A stretch of DNA of 64,000 nucleotides from Octopus sinensis (taxonomy: Eukaryota). The stretch lies in the NCBI RefSeq assembly GCF_006345805.1, contig NC_043008.1:24676001-24740000 (forward strand), in the 5' to 3' direction. Under the pieces are notes generated by a model, which searched no databases, was not told where the DNA came from, and worked only from the letters and a program-made list of their open reading frames with translations. A program made the translations under genes and the position numbers. Of this stretch, positions 1 to 13,741 are shown piece by piece (position 1 is the first letter of the stretch; every line of letters begins with the position of its first letter).

Positions 1-740
1 TTGATCTTGCAAAAGCTTTTGACAAAGTGGATCATGGTATGATATGCAACAAGCTGCGTGATCTCGGCATAGCTGGAAAAATTGGAGAGTGGTTATATGA
101 CTTTCTAAAAGATAGAAGTCACGCAGTAGTGGCACACAAACAGTGAGCGGTGTTCCACAAGGCACTGTCTTGGGACCAGTACTTTTCATAGTGGCCCTCT
201 CAGATATGTCTTCAACTGCCCGGATAGCCACACTTACTAGCTACGCAGACGATACGAAAGTCTCGTAGAAAATACAGAACATCTTCAGCAGGAGTTAGAC
301 TCAGTTTACTGATGGGCTGAAGAAAATAATATGTAGTTTAATACTGAAAAATTCCAAGACTTGCGCTACCAGCGTCCAAAACTGAATATGAAACTTACAG
401 GCTACATTGGTCCACAGGGAATTACAATCCCAGAGCCTAAATCAGTGAGGGACCTGGGTTTCGACATGAGTGATGATACCTCTTTCCAAGTGCACATTAC
501 CAGGATCGCGACAAAGTGCAGACGACTCGCTGAATGGATCCTAAGAACATTCAGAACCATGATTTTCCTGTGGAGGACATTCGTCCTCAATCGCCTGGAT
601 TACTGATCCCAGCTATGGTCACGCAAACAGTAAAATTAACAGCGGACCTTGAAGAAATTCAGCGAAGCTTCACAAAGAAAATCGTCTCTTTGCAACAGCT
701 CAGCTACTGCAACAGCTCAGCGGGGCTCTAGCAAGGACAC
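1..740 (+). mobile_element. CR1/L2-like LINE reverse transcriptase fragment (pseudogenised)
   Basis: Manual translation gives DLAKAFDKVDH, SGVPQGTVLGP, YADDTK, VRDLG...SF..HI and EEIQRSFTKKI, broken by stops and frameshifts. Confidence 0.9.
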
Positions 741-774
741 AGCTATGAGCTGAAACTAGAAGAAATATATAAAT

Positions 775-3700
775 ACATTTCGTTTTTGGATTTGGTTTGC
801 AAGATTCTTTATATGATTTCGTGTGTTGAAGCATATTCTGTTGTGTCTGGGGAGAGTCATTCTCTTTTAGTGCCTCACCGGTAAAATTTCCACTTATTTC
901 TTATTTTTATTTTCTAAAATTTTCGTTGCTTCTTGCAACCTTTTCAATAGTTTTGACTCTCTCCGTTATTTACACTGCGTTCCCTTTTGTTTGATTGTGC
1001 GCATGTGTGTGGGTTAGTTGGTTAGTATGTGTGTGTGTGCCTAGACATGCATGCATGTACGTATGTATGTGTGTGTGTGTTTGCATGTGTATGTATGTAT
1101 ATTTGTGTGTGTATGCATATGTATGTATGTGTGTGCATCTGTATGTACATATCCTGCATATTTATGTGCTTGCCTGTCCGTGTTTGTTTATTTTCTATGT
1201 ATGAGTGAGCATGTGTTTGTATATATATATGCACCTCTGTCTCCTTGTATGTGCATGTCTGTGTGTGTGTGTGTGTGTGTTATGTAACTATGTACCATGT
1301 TTGTATGTATGGATGTGATTCTTTATATGTGTGGATACGTGTCTCCATATATGTCTGTTCATATAGTCTATATACTTATCCGTCTGTATATTGATCTGTT
1401 TATTTACATATCTAAATGCTTACATACAGAAATAAAAAATAAACAAATATAAAAAAGATAAAAAATATTAAAATGAAAGAAATAAATATTAACAAAAAAG
1501 GCATGTATACACACTCACACCCACATACATATATACATTTATCTACCTGACAGTCCACTAACTATTCTACTCTACCTGTCTAAACTGTGGGTATGGAGGT
1601 ATGGAGGTATAGTATTTATTGTGTATATTTCCTATTTAATATTGGGGAGGTTTCATTTATAAGGACGTACTCCCGTATTTGTCTGAGTGTTGGGTCTTTT
1701 GGGTGCTTGGATAAGGTGCGAATGTCAAGTTGACCCAAGTTTCCTCCATGGTGGTCTTTGGCATGTTGGTAGAATATGGAGGACTGTTTTATGTCGTCAT
1801 ATTGTCTTAGATGTTCATTTATCCGTTCCGCAATACTCCTAGACGTCTCCCCTATGTACATCATGTTCATGTCCTTACAAGCATCTTCTATGCATCTTAT
1901 GCTGTAAACTACATTTCGAGTTCTACAGTTAATACCAGGGCTAATTCTACTTACCATGCAGTTATCATTGGTGCATATGGTATTCTTAAACGGGTACGTC
2001 CTACATAGTTGTGATCTGACGGAGTTCCCTGGCTTTTCAACAATTTTAATGTTGAGTTTGGTCTCCTTCAAAGCTTTTCTAAATCTACGGGCTAGTTCTC
2101 CATGGGCTATGGCCTCTACAAACATCACTCCTTGATATTTGTCGGTTTTATACCACGTGTTCGCCCTGTTTGCTTTGACACAAGTTCTTTGTATTCTATT
2201 CCATTCTTTGTTTCTATATCTAGGGCAGGTACCACTGGTATCGTTACGTATAATGTTATCTAATTTCTTTCTAGCCCCCCCCCCTCCCTGTATACACGAA
2301 CCCTATCTTTCTGATCATATCCAGAGAACTGCATGCGGTGTATGAAGTTCACGTATTTGTATAACAAATATATAATGCTGGCATTTAAGTTTGTTTTTAA
2401 GATTATATCATCCAGCACATTGAATGAACGTAAGTAATACTAAGCAAACATGAGTTCATGTAATTTTTAAAAACAGTTGGAACAGTTATCATTACTTACA
2501 TTTTATGTAATTTCTATGTGTGTTCGCATAGTGGGGACACATTGTTCATTATTCTAACTAGGTCTGCTATTAGTATGTTAATTTTCATGCTGTGTGACAA
2601 AGCTGAGTTCTTGTGAACAACATATTTTGAAGTTACAGGTTTCATGTAATAAGAGTGGAGGAGCTGCACTCTATTGTTCACAGTCTCTAACCAAAGTTCA
2701 GTATCAAGTACAGGGAGTCTATTGTTAGGTTTCTTAGTGAGGTAATCTATAGTTACCTTGATACTTTGGTGAATGGAGTTAGCTATTTGCTGGATACTCT
2801 CCATTACGTTCTTCTCAGTCTCTACATTACCGTCACTAGAGTTGGTTCTAACTATTATGTTTATGTCATCTACATATCTACTGTAGAGTAGAAGGGTGAT
2901 GGACTGTTCTGCTAACATTTGTTTAAATTTTCTGCCCCACCAGGTCATGAAGAGGCCAGCCACATCTCCAGCTATACCTACATTAATGGCTGCGCCTTGA
3001 ACCTGCATGTATAGTTTTTTTATTAAACTTTACTATGTGGTTTTTCAAGGTGGTTTTTCCGCTGGTCCCTATTGCATATGCCATCATTTCCCTCACCTGA
3101 TTATTGTTCGCAGGGTTTTGCGTGGGTGCGGTCCAGCCACTCCAGCGCTCTGTGGTGCTTTTCTTCACCGCTGGGTGGTCTATCTCTCTGTGACCTAGTG
3201 GGGCAGAATTTACTAAGGTCATGGTCATCTAAATAGTTATTGTCATAGCATAGTCTGAGGAGGAGGCCCAGTTCCCTGGTGTTGACCTTACGGAATTCCA
3301 CTTCACTTTCACAGATTGCTTGAATGCATTTCTCCACAGGAAAATCTATGTCTAGAGATAGGTAGAATGAAATTACATCCATACTACCCACTATACAACC
3401 TGTGAGGTCGTTGGTGTGGTTGCAAGTACTGATTTTACTGAGGAGATATTCCGTACTCATACAGACATCAGGAGACATCTCTATGAGAGGTCGCAATACT
3501 TGTGAGAGGAAGTAGGACAGTCTATAGTTGCAGGAGATGTTCGCTCCGCAAACTGGTCTGGTTGGGGGCCTTGCGACAGGGTTTATGTAGGGTTTGTGGA
3601 CTTTGCGTAACCCGTATAGTGTAGGAACATCATTGGTGGATGCCTGGAAATTGTGTGCCGTCCTTTTTGTAGGTTGGAGTATGTTGCACCACATTCCCAT

Positions 3701-4380
3701 GTTTGCATTGAGGAATTTTTCTACTCTTTCATGTTCTTGTGGTGCAACTTCTCTCATGCTACTGATATTTTTTTGCATGGTCAGGACATAGTTCTGTGGG
3801 CTATCGACTGATAGTCTGCCAGACTTGTCAGTAGGGAGGCACACTAATTCTTTGTTCCCAATTCGCTGTTTTAGTATTTGTAGGCCTTTAGTGGATTTGT
3901 TGTATTGATCTAAGATGTGTCGGAGTTTATTTCTAGCTAAGGAGATCTTTGCTTCTGCTTCACTGTCAATTTGGGGTGGGATACATAGTCTTTTGTTAAA
4001 GGGTAAGTCTGTGGGATAGATCCTCGTCATGTCATAAGATTTGTTGTTAGGGTTATAGAAGACAGAGTGTAGAGTGTAATTATCGTTGTGGTTGTTGTTA
4101 TAGTTGCCGGTATTGTTGTTGTTGGTGGCGGCGGCGATAGTGGTGGTGGTAGTGCTTGTGTAGTTTCTATTGTTATTTTTATGGGTGACGTTGTTGGTAG
4201 TGGTGTGAATGATGTGGTTGTTGTCGTTATCTGTGTGTGGGATGTTGTTGTTGTATTGTCCTAACCTCCATCTTAACTTTAAGAACGTTTTTATCAATTT
4301 CAGACAGACAATCTGTATATAAGGACTGCCTTATATACAAATAAATACGATAAATTCTAATGCAGAGAGAATTCAAAATG
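775..4380 (-). mobile_element. Penelope-like element (RT + C-terminal GIY-YIG), decayed, with 3' UTR/pLTR
   Basis: ORFs 3101-4297 (PTDKSG, PTLYGLRKVHK, TRPVCGA, MDVISFY), 2514-3008 (YSRYVDDI, LPVLDTELW, YMKP) and 1616-2128 (NVVYSIRC...YIGETSRSIAERINEH...LRQIRE...LNRK). The 3' end at 775-960 resembles the pLTR tail at 61981-62040. Confidence 0.92.
914..950 (-). ncRNA. degenerate hammerhead-ribozyme-like motif in PLE 3' end
   Basis: Minus strand reads CTA-TTGAAAA-G-GTTGC aagaa GCAAC-GAA-AATT-T-TAG. Stems I and II and a palindromic stem III are present, but the CUGANGA core has two substitutions. Confidence 0.35.
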
Positions 4381-4384
4381 TCCT

Positions 4385-4720
4385 TTGATGAATCTTTGTA
4401 TGAGTACAAATTTTGAATATAAATGTACCGTGCACACAAGGGGAAGGTCCTATGTTTACGCTGAGCAGACGGTTGATTCATTTAAGGACCGTTATCGCAA
4501 TTTTGTTGCCAGGTTTAAGACAATCAAGAGGAGACATTCAACATCTCTGGGAGATCTTGCATGGTGACTGAAGGAGGATAAAATCAGGTACATCATTAAT
4601 TGGTCAATAGTAAGGTATGCGAAACCATGCAATACAATTTCCAGGATATACCATCTCTGCTCCAATTAACCCTTCTCTATTCTGCGGACTAACAAGAAGA
4701 TAACTGAATTTCTGAATAGC
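4385..4720 (+). mobile_element. PLE GIY-YIG fragment (Naiad-type C-terminus)
   Basis: Translation FEYKCTV...YVYAEQT.DSFKDRYRN...STSLGDLAW*LK...INWSIVRYAKPC...HLC parallels the GIY-YIG domain at 9130-9550. Confidence 0.75.
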
Positions 4721-4806
4721 TACACGCATATAAATGTACTTTTGCACAGTGCACTGAGAATGAATTTTGAGTAATCGCTAACTTAATTTAATTTACCTTA
4801 AGGTAT

Positions 4807-4809
<3 letters not shown>

Positions 4810-4850
<41 letters not shown>

Positions 4851-4949
4851 GGTTTTGTAGGTAATTTGCACTTTGCATTTCTAGCTTGAGGCATAAACAC
4901 ACACACACACACTCATGTGCACACATACATGCGTTCTTATATATATATA

Positions 4950-5004
<55 letters not shown>

Positions 5005-5016
5005 TAGATAGATAGT

Positions 5017-5095
<79 letters not shown>

Positions 5096-5120
5096 GCAGA
5101 TAGATAGATAGACAGATACT
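4810..5120. repeat. compound microsatellite (TA)n/(CA)n/(GA)n/(GATA)n
   Basis: Seen directly; (GATA)n runs about 5000-5115. Confidence 0.97.
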
Positions 5121-6518
5121 CCCATTATAAAATATATACATACATATGCGCACGAGTGCACATGTATATTTGTAATGTGATTATAGTTTTTCAGATCGTA
5201 AATTTGATCTCAACTAAAGCACAAGTTGCCATTCAGCTAAAAAGCATGTGATGTTTAAAAACTACATAATGCGGGTTTTCTGTAAGAGCGAAATACTGAC
5301 CGTATCACCAAATTAATGGTCATACTTTAGAATTCCTATTAGCGCAAAGTCCGGTAATCTGAGGTAGTCGGAAGGAAGGGGATGTCTGTATCTAGCATGA
5401 AATGTTTTGCCTGTGAAAATTTGTATCGTTGATGTGTTAGTATCCAGCTTTGGTTCTATGCCTACATTTGATTTCATATATACATTTTCTCTCAAGCGCC
5501 ACGTCTATTTCGCGGGAAGACATCGAGTTTTAAGGATTTCCAAGTGACCGTCCCCTTTTTGTCTGTAATGAAATATTCAAGAAAAATATTTTAACCCACG
5601 CTTTATAAGAGTTCAAAAGATACGAAGTTGTCATTGGTAATATTTTCTTTGAAGTACCGTATACGAAACTTTCAACCATCGAGTTACTTTAGTCATATTT
5701 TGTTGTGATCATGCACGTTCATTCATGTGTGTATGAGTGTGTGCACGCGCGCGTGTGTGAACGAATGAGAGTGACATCCATATATCTTCACAAGGAGTAG
5801 TTAGCTCGGCAAGACCGACACTTTTGTTCTGTTCTTAATTGTCACAGCAACCAATATTTTGAGGTGATTATAACATTATTTTCTACACTTTCATATGCCA
5901 CTCTTTGTTTCAGAGTACAACTTATTTTGCAGACCATACAGTTTGTTCAGAATCAATTCATAAACGTTGTACACTCATTTGTATACTCATGTTGTCGCAT
6001 AGATTGTTCATCAAATCGAATTTTCTCGTTATATCCTCGTTACCCCTTATTTTCAATGCGCATTCTTAAAATTGTTCTTCCTACTTAGCTGCATTTCTGC
6101 CACTTTTTACTTTTCCCTCTTAGGTCACCCATAATTTAACTGTAAAAAGCACCATATATATAGTACATACAAACATAAAAATTTTTCCACGTTAATTCCG
6201 TGGGTAAGTTAATTTTATACGTCACATCGCTCGCTTATCTATTAAGATACGTATATACATACATGGATACGCACATATATGCATACGTATATACATACGT
6301 GCATACATACATATTAGCAGAAGCTTTGAGTATTCCTTTCCCTCTGCTCCAGTCTTTTCCGTGTGTAAATTGTTGGATATCCCACTGCAGAGGTCCAGTA
6401 TTTCATGTGTCTATCTCAACGACATACGGACACAAAATAAAACTTCGTCTATTCAGTCATAGAACACACACGCATATACATATAAAGACAATCACACACA
6501 TATACACAAACGTTCACA

Positions 6519-6580
<62 letters not shown>

Positions 6581-7411
6581 AACGTACACACACCCACAGA
6601 AATTAAATTTTAGTGGTCAGTTGCAAACAAAATAACATCCAGATTGCACTACGCTTTAGCTCCAATTGCGTAACATTCTTAGCTCCCAAACATTCGGTGT
6701 GTACTTATATGGAGCAACGTGAACTGAAATGCCTTTTACCACGGTATGAGGCAACGCCCGGTGAAGACAACCAATCACCGAGCTTTACTTATCATAGGCT
6801 CAACGATTAGACCACATCTAAATGAGCGCGCGTGCACAAACACATAGAAATTACATAAAATGTAAGTAATGATAAGTGTTCTAACTGTTTTTAAAAATTA
6901 CATGAACTCATGTTTGCTTAGTATTACTTACGTTCATTCAATGTGCTGGATGATATAATCTTAGAAACAACTTAAATGCCAGCATTATATATTTGTTATA
7001 CAAATACGTGAATTGGCCGCATCACTACTTATGAATGAAATCTTTAGCCATACTATAGTTATTGCCTAATATATTTACTTATAAATACTTATAAATTACA
7101 GAATTTGCATCCATGTATTCAAGCTCACTCGTACATATATACGCACATATATTTTATACACACGCACACCATTACATATGCTTCCACATATATAATATTT
7201 TATCTCTTTATTATTGCTATTATTTCTTCAGTTAATACCACTGGGTATTACTTAAATGCTCTTTTAGTTAAGTACGCAAAATTTTCTTTTTTCGTATCTT
7301 AATTAAAAACTGTCTGCTTCATTCACGTCAAATATATGGAAGACTACATACATACATACACAATATATATGTGTTCTACCCCAAATAACCCCTCTTCTCA
7401 CCTTAAACCTA

Positions 7412-9551
7412 TGGCTAAGTACGGATGAAGTTCTAAAATGGTTTAACTCTCTAACTAATACTAGTAGTCTGTCCTTTATTCAGTTCGATATTAATAGTTA
7501 TTACTCTAGCATTTCCCCTATCTTACTCAACAAATCACTAATATTTGCCATGAATCGCTCCCTCATATCTAGAGAAGAAATTAATATTGTGCTACTAGCT
7601 AGGAAGACATTTATAGAATTTGAAGATAAATTATGGACTAGAGCAGATACACCTAATTTTTTTGATATACCAATGGGTTCCAGTGATTCGGCTGAGGTAA
7701 CCAACCTAGTAGGCGCATATCTATTAAAATGCATAAGCAAGGATATACCAGAAATACAGGGGGGTCTATATAGGGATGATGCTCTGTTTATTATCCCTAG
7801 TAATAATAAATCTGTTATAGAAAGGATTAGAAAGAAAATTAATAAGTTCTTTAAGGATTTCAACCTCAGTATAACGTATGAACCGGGCACTAAAATAGTT
7901 AACTTCCTAGATATTACGCTAGACCTTAACTCCAAGCTACATTACCCATTTAGAAAGGAAGGCGAAATCACGAATTACGTAAATAAATTATCAAATCATC
8001 CCCCAAATATAATAGAATCTTTAGTAAGAAATATTTCATTAAGAATTTCAAAATTATCATCCAATAAGGATATATTTAACTCCCATTCTGAGCATTATAA
8101 TGAGGCGTTAACTAAGGCTGGATACAACCAAAAGATTACATTCGTTGATAAGGGGAACTCACGTATTCCTAATAATGAAGTTATCAGTAATCACGTAAGC
8201 AGCAATACAGACCAAGCCCGAAATAAAAGTAGAATTAAATTAATGGTAAACGCTAATCTAGCGTACAGGCCCAACAATTCAAATAGAAGCATTGACCAGA
8301 ACATAGGTAACTCGGATAATATTGAAGTAGATAAACCTAAGATGCACACAAATAAAAATAAAAATAATGGTAATAAATACAATAACTCCGGTGAGATGAA
8401 TAGTAGTAATTCTACGAACCCTAAATTTAATAAAAAAGATATATTATGGCTGAATATTCCTTTCAACTGTGCGATACAGTCGGATATACAGAACAAATTC
8501 AAAGTAATTCTGGAAAAAAAATTTCCCTATCTCTCATAGATATCATAGAATTATATCTAGGAAAACAGTTAGGATTTCTTATTCAACCCTCCCAAATATG
8601 TCCACTTTAATAGCTAAGATTAATAATAAAAATATTAAACTAGCCAGGAAAGATAGAAATAAAAATAATAATATCAGCATGAATACCAATAGCAATTATA
8701 ATAATACTACCAACAATAAAAACAGCAATAGTAACTATCAAAACATAGGTGAAATTAGTAACCACAGAATGACTAATAACATTAACATTAATAGTAATAA
8801 TAACAATGCCGATATTAATAGAAGTAATAATGTTAATAATAGAAATTATAGATATAAGGCTAATGGAGAAAATAAGGAGAATGAAAATATCAGTGATATT
8901 TATAACAACAATATGCAGTCGGATAATAAGACTAACAATAATAGTAACATTACCAATAATATAAGAAATCATGGTAGGACTTTAGACCTAAATGATGAAG
9001 CTGAAGGATCAATAAATAATAGCAATACTTTAGATATCAGCACCAACTATAGAAATGATAATCAAAATAATAGGAACCTAAGACATCTACCCAAGAATAA
9101 TCCAAAGCCTGAAGTTGTTCCTCCTGTGTGTAAGTGTAGAAGAAAATCAAAATGCCCGGCACCTGGTCTATGTGGGGAAAATAATGTAATCTATAAATGT
9201 ACCATATCCACGGAGAATAACAAATATCTTTACCTTGGATGTACAATTAATTTTCTAGCCAGAGTTAGAAATCACATCTCGTCTTTTAAATTACGTCATA
9301 AAGCTGGTACCACCACACTTTCAAACAAAATCTGGGAACTCAAAAGTAATAATAAAAATTATAACCTTAATTGGGAAATAGTTAGGAGAGCAATTCCGTA
9401 TAAAAATAGTAGGGTTGGTTGCCAACTATGCTCCATGGAGACGTATGAAATTCTAAAGCATAGAAAACATAGAAACTTATTGAATAACCATATCGAACTA
9501 GGTCAAGTTTGTGTCCACGCTAAATTGAAGACTTTAAAACATTTTAAATGA
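7412..9551 (+). pseudogene. PLE RT-GIY-YIG polyprotein ORF with a single +1 frameshift near 8531
   Basis: The frame of ORF 7550-8539 stays open upstream to at least 7412. Removing one base at about 8531 joins FPY to SHRYHRIISRKTVRISYSTLPNM and ORF 8598-9551, giving about 710 codons. Confidence 0.85.
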
Positions 9552-11034
9552 TTAGAATATTCGTAACTAGATAGATAGATATAACTTGATTTCTACTAGT
9601 ATAGCACTGCTTTAAGTAGATAACTAAGTTTTCTCACACTACAGTTATCTTTTTCCTTATATCTGCATCAGTTTTTTGGGAACAGGGAAATGAATAGTAC
9701 TTATATGCTGCTTAGTTGAGGCCTTATTTAATTTCAAACTCATAATTTTTAAATTCTTAATTTTAAATCTTAATTGTAATTTTTAATTTTAATTCCTAAC
9801 TTAATCTAATTTAAGTAGCATAACTCTAATAAAATAAAATGAGTTACTATAGCCCCATAATTCTATTTCAAAATTAAATAAATAAGGCTACCCCCTCGGT
9901 GATATTATGATTATCTTCATTATGATAGACAATCCCCTAACACCTTGTAAATGATCTTCTAAGATTTGACCTGTAGTCCGTCAATGTATGAATAATAAAG
10001 GCAACTCCTTAAGACAATAAAATGAATAAATTAAATAAGTAAATCTTAATGACTTTTTGATAGGATTATACTTAGATTTTCCTAATGTATTTTCTTTTGA
10101 TTTTAGCATCTGACCCCTAAACCCCTGACTGTGTTATCTCTTTAGATTCTCTTTAAATTCATAGCTGATTTCAACAGCAATAAATTAGCTGTTTTACTGG
10201 TCAAAGAATAATATTCTCCTCTAGTTCCTAGATGCCTGTAAATTAAAACCAGACTTGCCGTCTACTGATTCTTCTGTATAACTAGAACCCTCTTTTTTTC
10301 CTTTTCCTTTTCCTTTCTTTTTTTCTTTTTCCTTTCTTTCCCTATTTCTTTCTCTTTTCTCTTTTTTCTTTTTCTTCTTCTTATTCTCTTTTTCTTTTTC
10401 TCTTCTCTTTTAGTCCCCTTCCCCCCTTTTTTTGCTCCCTCCTCCTTTATTTTCTCTCTTTTCTTCTATTCCCTTCCATTTTCTATTCTTTGCCTCTCTA
10501 GAAAGCCCTTCAGCCTTTAAAAGTTAAATAGCTACAGCCTCTCGTAAATAGCAGTAATATGATTAATGTGGCAAATACCTAATCATATAACAAGAATTGA
10601 TACCTACCTCATTGTGTTCAACCATTGATAAATTTATCGCCTGTGAATATGAAATTCCTCTTCATTTCTCTGGAAATTTACATCTACACCAATGGAAATT
10701 GTGCATCTATACAAAGGATTAATTCACCCTCTCTGTAATGCTAATAAGAAGGAATTGAGACCCACCTCGTTGTGATTAACAATGGATAAATTTGTTTTCT
10801 GTGAGTATGTAATCCCTCATCATATCTCTGGAAATTCATATGTGCACTATGGATTAGGTCACCTTCTCTGGGTTGCTATTAAAACTTTTTTAAAATTCTG
10901 TGATAAGACTGTACATCATCTTTAAAGAACTTTAATGAACTTTGGATATCTGTTTATGTTTATGTTACTTAATTATCTTCATTACTTCATGAGTATAGCC
11001 TCAACCACTAGGATGTCTAGAGAACGCACATGTA

Positions 11035-11125
11035 TTTTAGCTGATGAGTACGGGACACGTTTATATGCTGTAATTTTTGCAACTTTTAATAAAGCCTGTC
11101 CTTGTATGAAACGATTGTACTAAAA
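11035..11125 (+). ncRNA. type I hammerhead ribozyme, near canonical
   Basis: Stem I TTTTAG/CTAAAA, core CTGATGA, stem II GTACGGGACA/TGTCCTTGTAT (one bulge, G.U closing pair), GAA, stem III AC/GT with loop GATT, GUA triplet. Predicted cleavage is after 11119. Confidence 0.85.
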
Positions 11126-11273
11126 ACCTATCCATTCTTGTTGCTTCTTTCTCGCTTATAATCACCCCACATTACTGTATTGTTAAAACAGTATAGTTTT
11201 TTTTGGTGCATCTAAGTTAGGTACCATATTCAAGTAAATTCATTTAAATTAACTTGAATCTTTATTGCTTTTT

Positions 11274-11315
<42 letters not shown>

Positions 11316-11316
11316 G

Positions 11317-11347
<31 letters not shown>

Positions 11348-12040
11348 TATGCACACGTATATTTGGTGTATGTGTGTCTGTCTATAATGTATATATGTAT
11401 TTCTCTCGATCATTCTTTTGGTATGTGTGTATGTATATGTGTGCCTGTATGTACAATGAGTTAAAATAACTCAATGTGTCATGGATATGAAGAACCTAGA
11501 CTAACATAGGTATATCAATACCACACAACATAAAATATTGACTTATAAATATTGTCGCTAAACGATGTACCACAGTTACGAAATGGGACGTCAGAGCTAC
11601 TCTATGTAAGAAGGGGAGATAATGTCAAGAATCAAAAATTCTGCATTGCTGACATTGACGAGGTTAATGTTTGAAGAGTGGGGATGTGAAAACGCTTTAC
11701 TTACTTAGTATGTCATCAGTCCTCAAGGCCCGGGATCATGATGCGCAGGTAGTACGCTTGCACCCACTAAAATATTTGTGGCTGGTAAAATCAAAATTTT
11801 TCTCCCCTACATTTTCACCCTGGTTTAGATGACAGTATCAAAAAACTCATCTGTAAAAGGTTGTTTGACGTTAGGTTTCTTCTCAAAACAAGAACACAAG
11901 ACAAAAAAAAAATAAATAAATAAATAAAAAATCCCAAATGTTAACTAATGGAGCTGGTCATAAAATTCCCAAGGGAATTCTAGAAAGATATACTACTCAA
12001 CTAATACATCATCAACATTAAAATTAAAAGTCTCAACTAT

Positions 12041-12079
<39 letters not shown>

Positions 12080-12259
12080 AAAAGTATGGGGGTTTAGTTC
12101 ACAGTTGATGTAAACGATTAGGTACGCCAGGTAAGTGCTGTAACGGATTACTGGGGCTCTAAGTTTATAACCGAATGGGTATTTATGGAACCATTGCAGA
12201 TTTCAGATGCAGCGTATATATAATTGCTAAACAGGACACCAAACTTTAAGGCGAGGCAA

Positions 12260-13730
12260 ACATCTCAAGTTGTATACAATACTATTATAGGAAGAAATTC
12301 AAAAATCTTACAGCTGTTTTGGGGGTATCCTCGAGTAAGGGATATACTGTCATCAGAGACAAATATGGAAAAATAGGGAAAATTATAATGGTATATGATG
12401 ACGACATAAAGGTATAATATGACGACATAAAGGAATGGAATAAAAGAATAAGTAGATGGAAATAGAGAAGAAAATAGAATTATAATGGTTCATAGTTCCA
12501 CTTTCCGAAGTTATAGAATCCAGAGCATGAGTGCTTAGGTGCAATCCTGCGTAGATCCATGAGCGTAAGTCCTTAGGTGTAATGATGCGTATATCAATGT
12601 GGGTTAAAACTCTGATATAGTAGACATCCCAAGAAAAAAGACGCGAACATATCGACGTTCAGTTACAGAATGGTAGCTGAGGTGGGTTTTTTCAGCTGAT
12701 CCAATATAAACATATTATTAATTTCTGGGGTAACTTTACATTGATATACTACATTTTTTAATTTACATAAATTTTTAACCATACAGACATCTATATTTTT
12801 ACAATCACATGTTTTAAGAATCTTTAGATGTAACTGGTTTCTGACCGTTCTTAATAATATTATGTTTATTAATGAAATACCTAGTAGTATTACTACTAAC
12901 ATTTTGTACATTGGCCCTGGCATTAGAGGAGTTATTCTTAACACATTCTCTATTTGAATAAAATAAACCTAATTTTTTTATTATTTATAGAAGCCATTAT
13001 AGTAGCTAAGTACCTTTGTTTTGTTATTGTTAATAATTTCATAATATTTATTATATATATTGAAATGCTTATTAATTAGCCTATTTCACCAAATTAGTTT
13101 TTTTTCGTATAGTATATGGGATTATAAGCCATATTATCTTATTAGTATCTACTTTATTACTGTTGAAGCTATCAAAATTATTTTTATTCATTAAGTAGAT
13201 ATAATTTTAAATTTTATTCGGTTTCTTTATATATCTATGGTTTTTATTATTATCATTAGTTTTTATATTATTATTCCTATTATCAAATTTACTGATTTAA
13301 TTTGTAATATTATTATCTTTAATATACTTTAATTTATTCTTATATCTTGCTTTGCTTAAGGCCAAATCATATTGGTCTTTATGTCTATGAAATATATCTT
13401 CATTATAAGATAAATATGAAATTCTGTTACTAATATTATATACTAATCCTTTTTTCATAAAAAGGTGGGTGATTACTTTGATAATTTATATATTTTGATT
13501 TATAATTTGGTTTCATATACGGTTCATATATTCCAGATAATAAATTACAGTTCATATCTAAGTAAGTAATTGAATTATATTCTTTCTCTGTAGTCATAGA
13601 TAGACCAAATCATTTGTTTGTATAAAATATTTAAATTGAATTGAATTTATTATTGTTCAGTTTATTGTTTTGTTTTCCATTTCTGAATTATATCTATATT
13701 TTAATAAATTGTATGTTTACTTTATTTACC
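12260..13730 (-). mobile_element. decayed Naiad-type PLE (RT thumb + GIY-YIG + 3' HHR)
   Basis: Minus translation YLDMNCNL.SGIYEPYMKPNYKSKYINYQSNHPP...RISYLSYNEDIF, and ORF 12663-12944 CDC...C...C...NVVYQCKV. Confidence 0.85.
12306..12359 (-). ncRNA. degenerate minimal type I hammerhead ribozyme
   Basis: TCT-CTGATGA-...GTATATCC/GGATAC...-AAAA-CAGCTG-TA-AGA. Stem III is the palindrome ACAGCTGT with a GUA triplet; G12 is replaced by A. Confidence 0.65.
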
Positions 13731-13741
13731 TAGTGAAGTAA

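Larger units (their letters stand above)
7385..11260 (+). mobile_element. 5'-truncated Penelope-like element, probably Naiad clade, with long 3' UTR
   Basis: RT motifs WLSTDEVLKWF, FIQFDINSYY, MGSSDSAEV..LVG, YRDDAL, NFLDITL and SNHPP; C-terminal CKC...CP...C, VIYKC...YLGCT, CQLC..E and LLN...CVH. An HHR lies in the 3' region. Confidence 0.9.

Noticed and set aside
995-1287. Many short ORFs rich in CV/YI/HT/LS/II repeats (also at about 4937, 11254, 23961, 30826, 52976, 57423, 57843)
   Set aside because: They are translations of di-, tri- and tetranucleotide microsatellites, not genes.
5313-5495. Protein-like short ORF (minus), and an IPISAKSG GTPase-like peptide on the plus strand
   Set aside because: Too short, with no other exons or motifs nearby; compatible with chance.
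11041-11111. SECIS element overlapping the HHR stem II (AUGAG...UGAA), since some Naiad PLEs encode selenoproteins
   Set aside because: There is no AA(R) at the expected apical position and no in-frame UGA in the upstream ORF; the HHR fold explains the sequence.
12105-12130. Microexon between TTCACAG and GTAAGT
   Set aside because: All three frames contain stops and there are no supporting neighbouring exons.
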